From positions 47,122,001-47,186,000 of the forward strand of contig NC_087447.1 in the NCBI RefSeq assembly GCF_036321535.1: a DNA stretch of 64,000 bases, written 5' to 3'. The DNA is from Camelus dromedarius (Eukaryota). The position numbers were made by a program, and so were the translations under genes. A model generated the notes under the pieces. It saw only the letters and a program-made list of their open reading frames with translations, was not told the DNA's origin and ran no database searches. This document shows positions 61,751 to 64,000 of this stretch, piece by piece (the stretch's first letter is position 1; each line of letters starts with the position of its first letter).

Positions 61751-64000
61751 GATCCACAGGCATGAGCTCTCTTCTCTCTGTCCATATAATCTTACTGACA
61801 GTAACATGAATCTGGACTGAAGTGGGCTCCAGACTATACCTAATCACCCCCTAGGACTCACACTGGCACAGCCCTGTGTTAAGAAGGCAGCTCCTCAACA
61901 TTCTGCACAAGTTGGCTTGTTTTAAAATCTAAGTGAGAAGAGTGTGTCGATCTAAACTCAAAGGGACATAATTTGGTTAATCCTCAGCTGCTGTGTCCAA
62001 TCACCTTTCAATCACACTCCTTCCCATGGCAGTCTGTCCCTCCAGGCAGCTAGTGTCACTAACTGTGCTACCTGGGCCTTTTCAGGTTCATGAGTATTGA
62101 TTCTGTCTATCTAATTTGCAGGCTGCAAGACGTGTCCAAGCAACCAAGTATGCTGCCCTTGGCCCCAGAGGGCAGAGAGTGGTCTGGCAGGATGGTGAGA
62201 GGAGAGGGACTAGGCCCTGGGACTGCTAACCCAATCAAAGGGAATGGGCAATGCACTTCACAAACTTGGAGGCCAAGGAGGGTAAGCATTCAAGTTAGTG
62301 ATTCATTCTGCTATCTTGGAGAAGATTCCTTTCACTTTTAATGAAACTAAAAGACAGCAGCTCCACTGTGGGGTATAACTAAGACTAAAGAAACTGTGGC
62401 TGCTCAGTGGCCAAGAGTGGTACCAAACACATTCCCAGACGGCCAGTCAGCTTTTTGTCCAAGAGTCATCTCATACTTACAAAGTATATAACCCAGAGCT
62501 CCATGGGGATCAGGCCCTTCTTGGAGAAGTGAGCCGAGATCAGGCTAGAGGACTACGTGACTAGCTTTGATGACCAAAAGAACTTTGTGAACCTATGGGC
62601 TGCAGCAGGGCAGAAACAGGGTAGGAGGCCAGCCAGGTAAGAGAAAGCTAGGGCAAAGCTGGTTAGAAGAGTAAGCTTAGCAGCAGGCCAGGCACAGGGA
62701 GTGCCAAGAAGTTCATAGTCAAAAGAGAACCAAGGGCCAGACACCAGGCAGCAGAGATGTGAGTCAGAGAGTCAAAAGCCAGGTCAAATGTCAAGGACTA
62801 GAGGCCAAAGGAAACAGAAGACCACAAAACAAGCAAGCAACCAGAAACCAAGGAATACAACAGTATCAGAGGTTAAGGCAAGGCAAAAGAAGCAGATATG
62901 AGGAAGAGCAGTGAGGAGACTTTGGAAATGAAGACATTTCTGCCTCTTTGATGCTTTTTGCTGAAGAAGAAATAAATCCCCCAATTCAGAACTGTATCTG
63001 GGAGATGGTGACATGCATGAGGAGACGGTGAGTTGGCCCACCTGGCTGACAAGGGAAATACAGAATCTGACAACACAAAGGAAGGCAGGCACTACAATTC
63101 CAGGTGATCCAGCAAAGGACAACTGAAGACCCCCTCTGCTCTGGTGCTGGCATACTGGCTGTCACTTTGGAGGGCTGGGTTTAGGTATCACCACGTTAAA
63201 TTTGAGTAGCTGTGCCAAATGGGCAGTGATGTATATGGGCTAGGCCTTCGTGGTCTTAACAGCTGGATTAAAGGAGGGTAGAGTATATCAATCTACTCAC
63301 TTACGTTTTTCTATAACATGCTCAAAGGAACTACATTTACTACTCCACAGGTTCTCACTGGGCAAAGGCTTACAAAATGAACATCTGCAATCCTTCCAGC
63401 CAGTTTAGGATTTGGCCTCTGGTAATCTGTAGAAAGATATGCCTACCAATGTTGGTATCAACCTCAAAGGCTAGAGATAATCTCCAGATACCCTATTTCT
63501 GATACTCATTTGGGGAGTCAGAGATGTCTACAGCCCAAGAGGATGGGGATTTAGAGTTGGCCTTTAATGACTTGGCTCTGGTAGCAGTACCTGCCTTTCT
63601 ATGTGCCCATCAGAATCTGTTCTGGTCTTATCTCTGCCCAAGTAAGCTGACTCACCAAAAGGACTGGGCCTCATGAGTGTTGAAGGTGAAGGTTGTCAGG
63701 GACAGCATCCAGCTAACAGGGCGGCAGAGAAGCAGCAGTAAGACAGAGGTAGCTAGGCTGGGGGTCGGGGAGGGGGGGTGCCTACAAATCTTGTTAATCA
63801 GAAACGGTCAGGTCTTGAAGATTGGCCTTAGTTAGGGAGGAGAATGCAGGTCCAGAGCCCAAGACCTTGATAAGAGTGAGTAGGAGCAGTAAGCTCTGAT
63901 CCTAGGCAGAGAACAGTTTTTTTTTTTTTCTGCTTTGTTTTACTGCCTGGTACAAGTATCTTATTTTCTCAAGCGTACAGTGGGGCTAAGTACTTTTTAT

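Overview
This is mammalian genomic DNA, about 99% intronic. The only gene I can support is CLPB (SKD3, the mitochondrial ankyrin-repeat AAA+ disaggregase) on the minus strand. Five internal coding exons are present: 58650-58753, 52515-52604, 41517-41645, 14531-14628 and 3083-3197 (104, 90, 129, 98 and 115 bp). All have GT-AG boundaries and compatible phases, and they correspond to human exons 4-8 as I recall them. They encode most of the ankyrin domain, the 30-aa alternative insert and the start of the AAA+ domain; both ends of the gene lie outside the window. A tRNA-Ala-derived vic-1-like SINE points to a camelid genome. The introns hold ordinary old repeats (MIR, L2, L3/CR1, L1, MLT1, hAT MITEs) and a 50-unit ATC/ACC microsatellite. 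I found no novel coding system, and almost every ORF in the supplied track is spurious. Two leads deserve follow-up. First, the alternative exon 5 is intact. Second, many repeat-free patches carry developmental-enhancer motifs (Pbx-Hox, Meis, Sox, POU, PHOX2-like), which may serve the neighbouring homeobox gene PHOX2A. The second lead is inference only, because conservation could not be computed here. Repeat coordinates are approximate unless a target-site duplication (TSD) is given.
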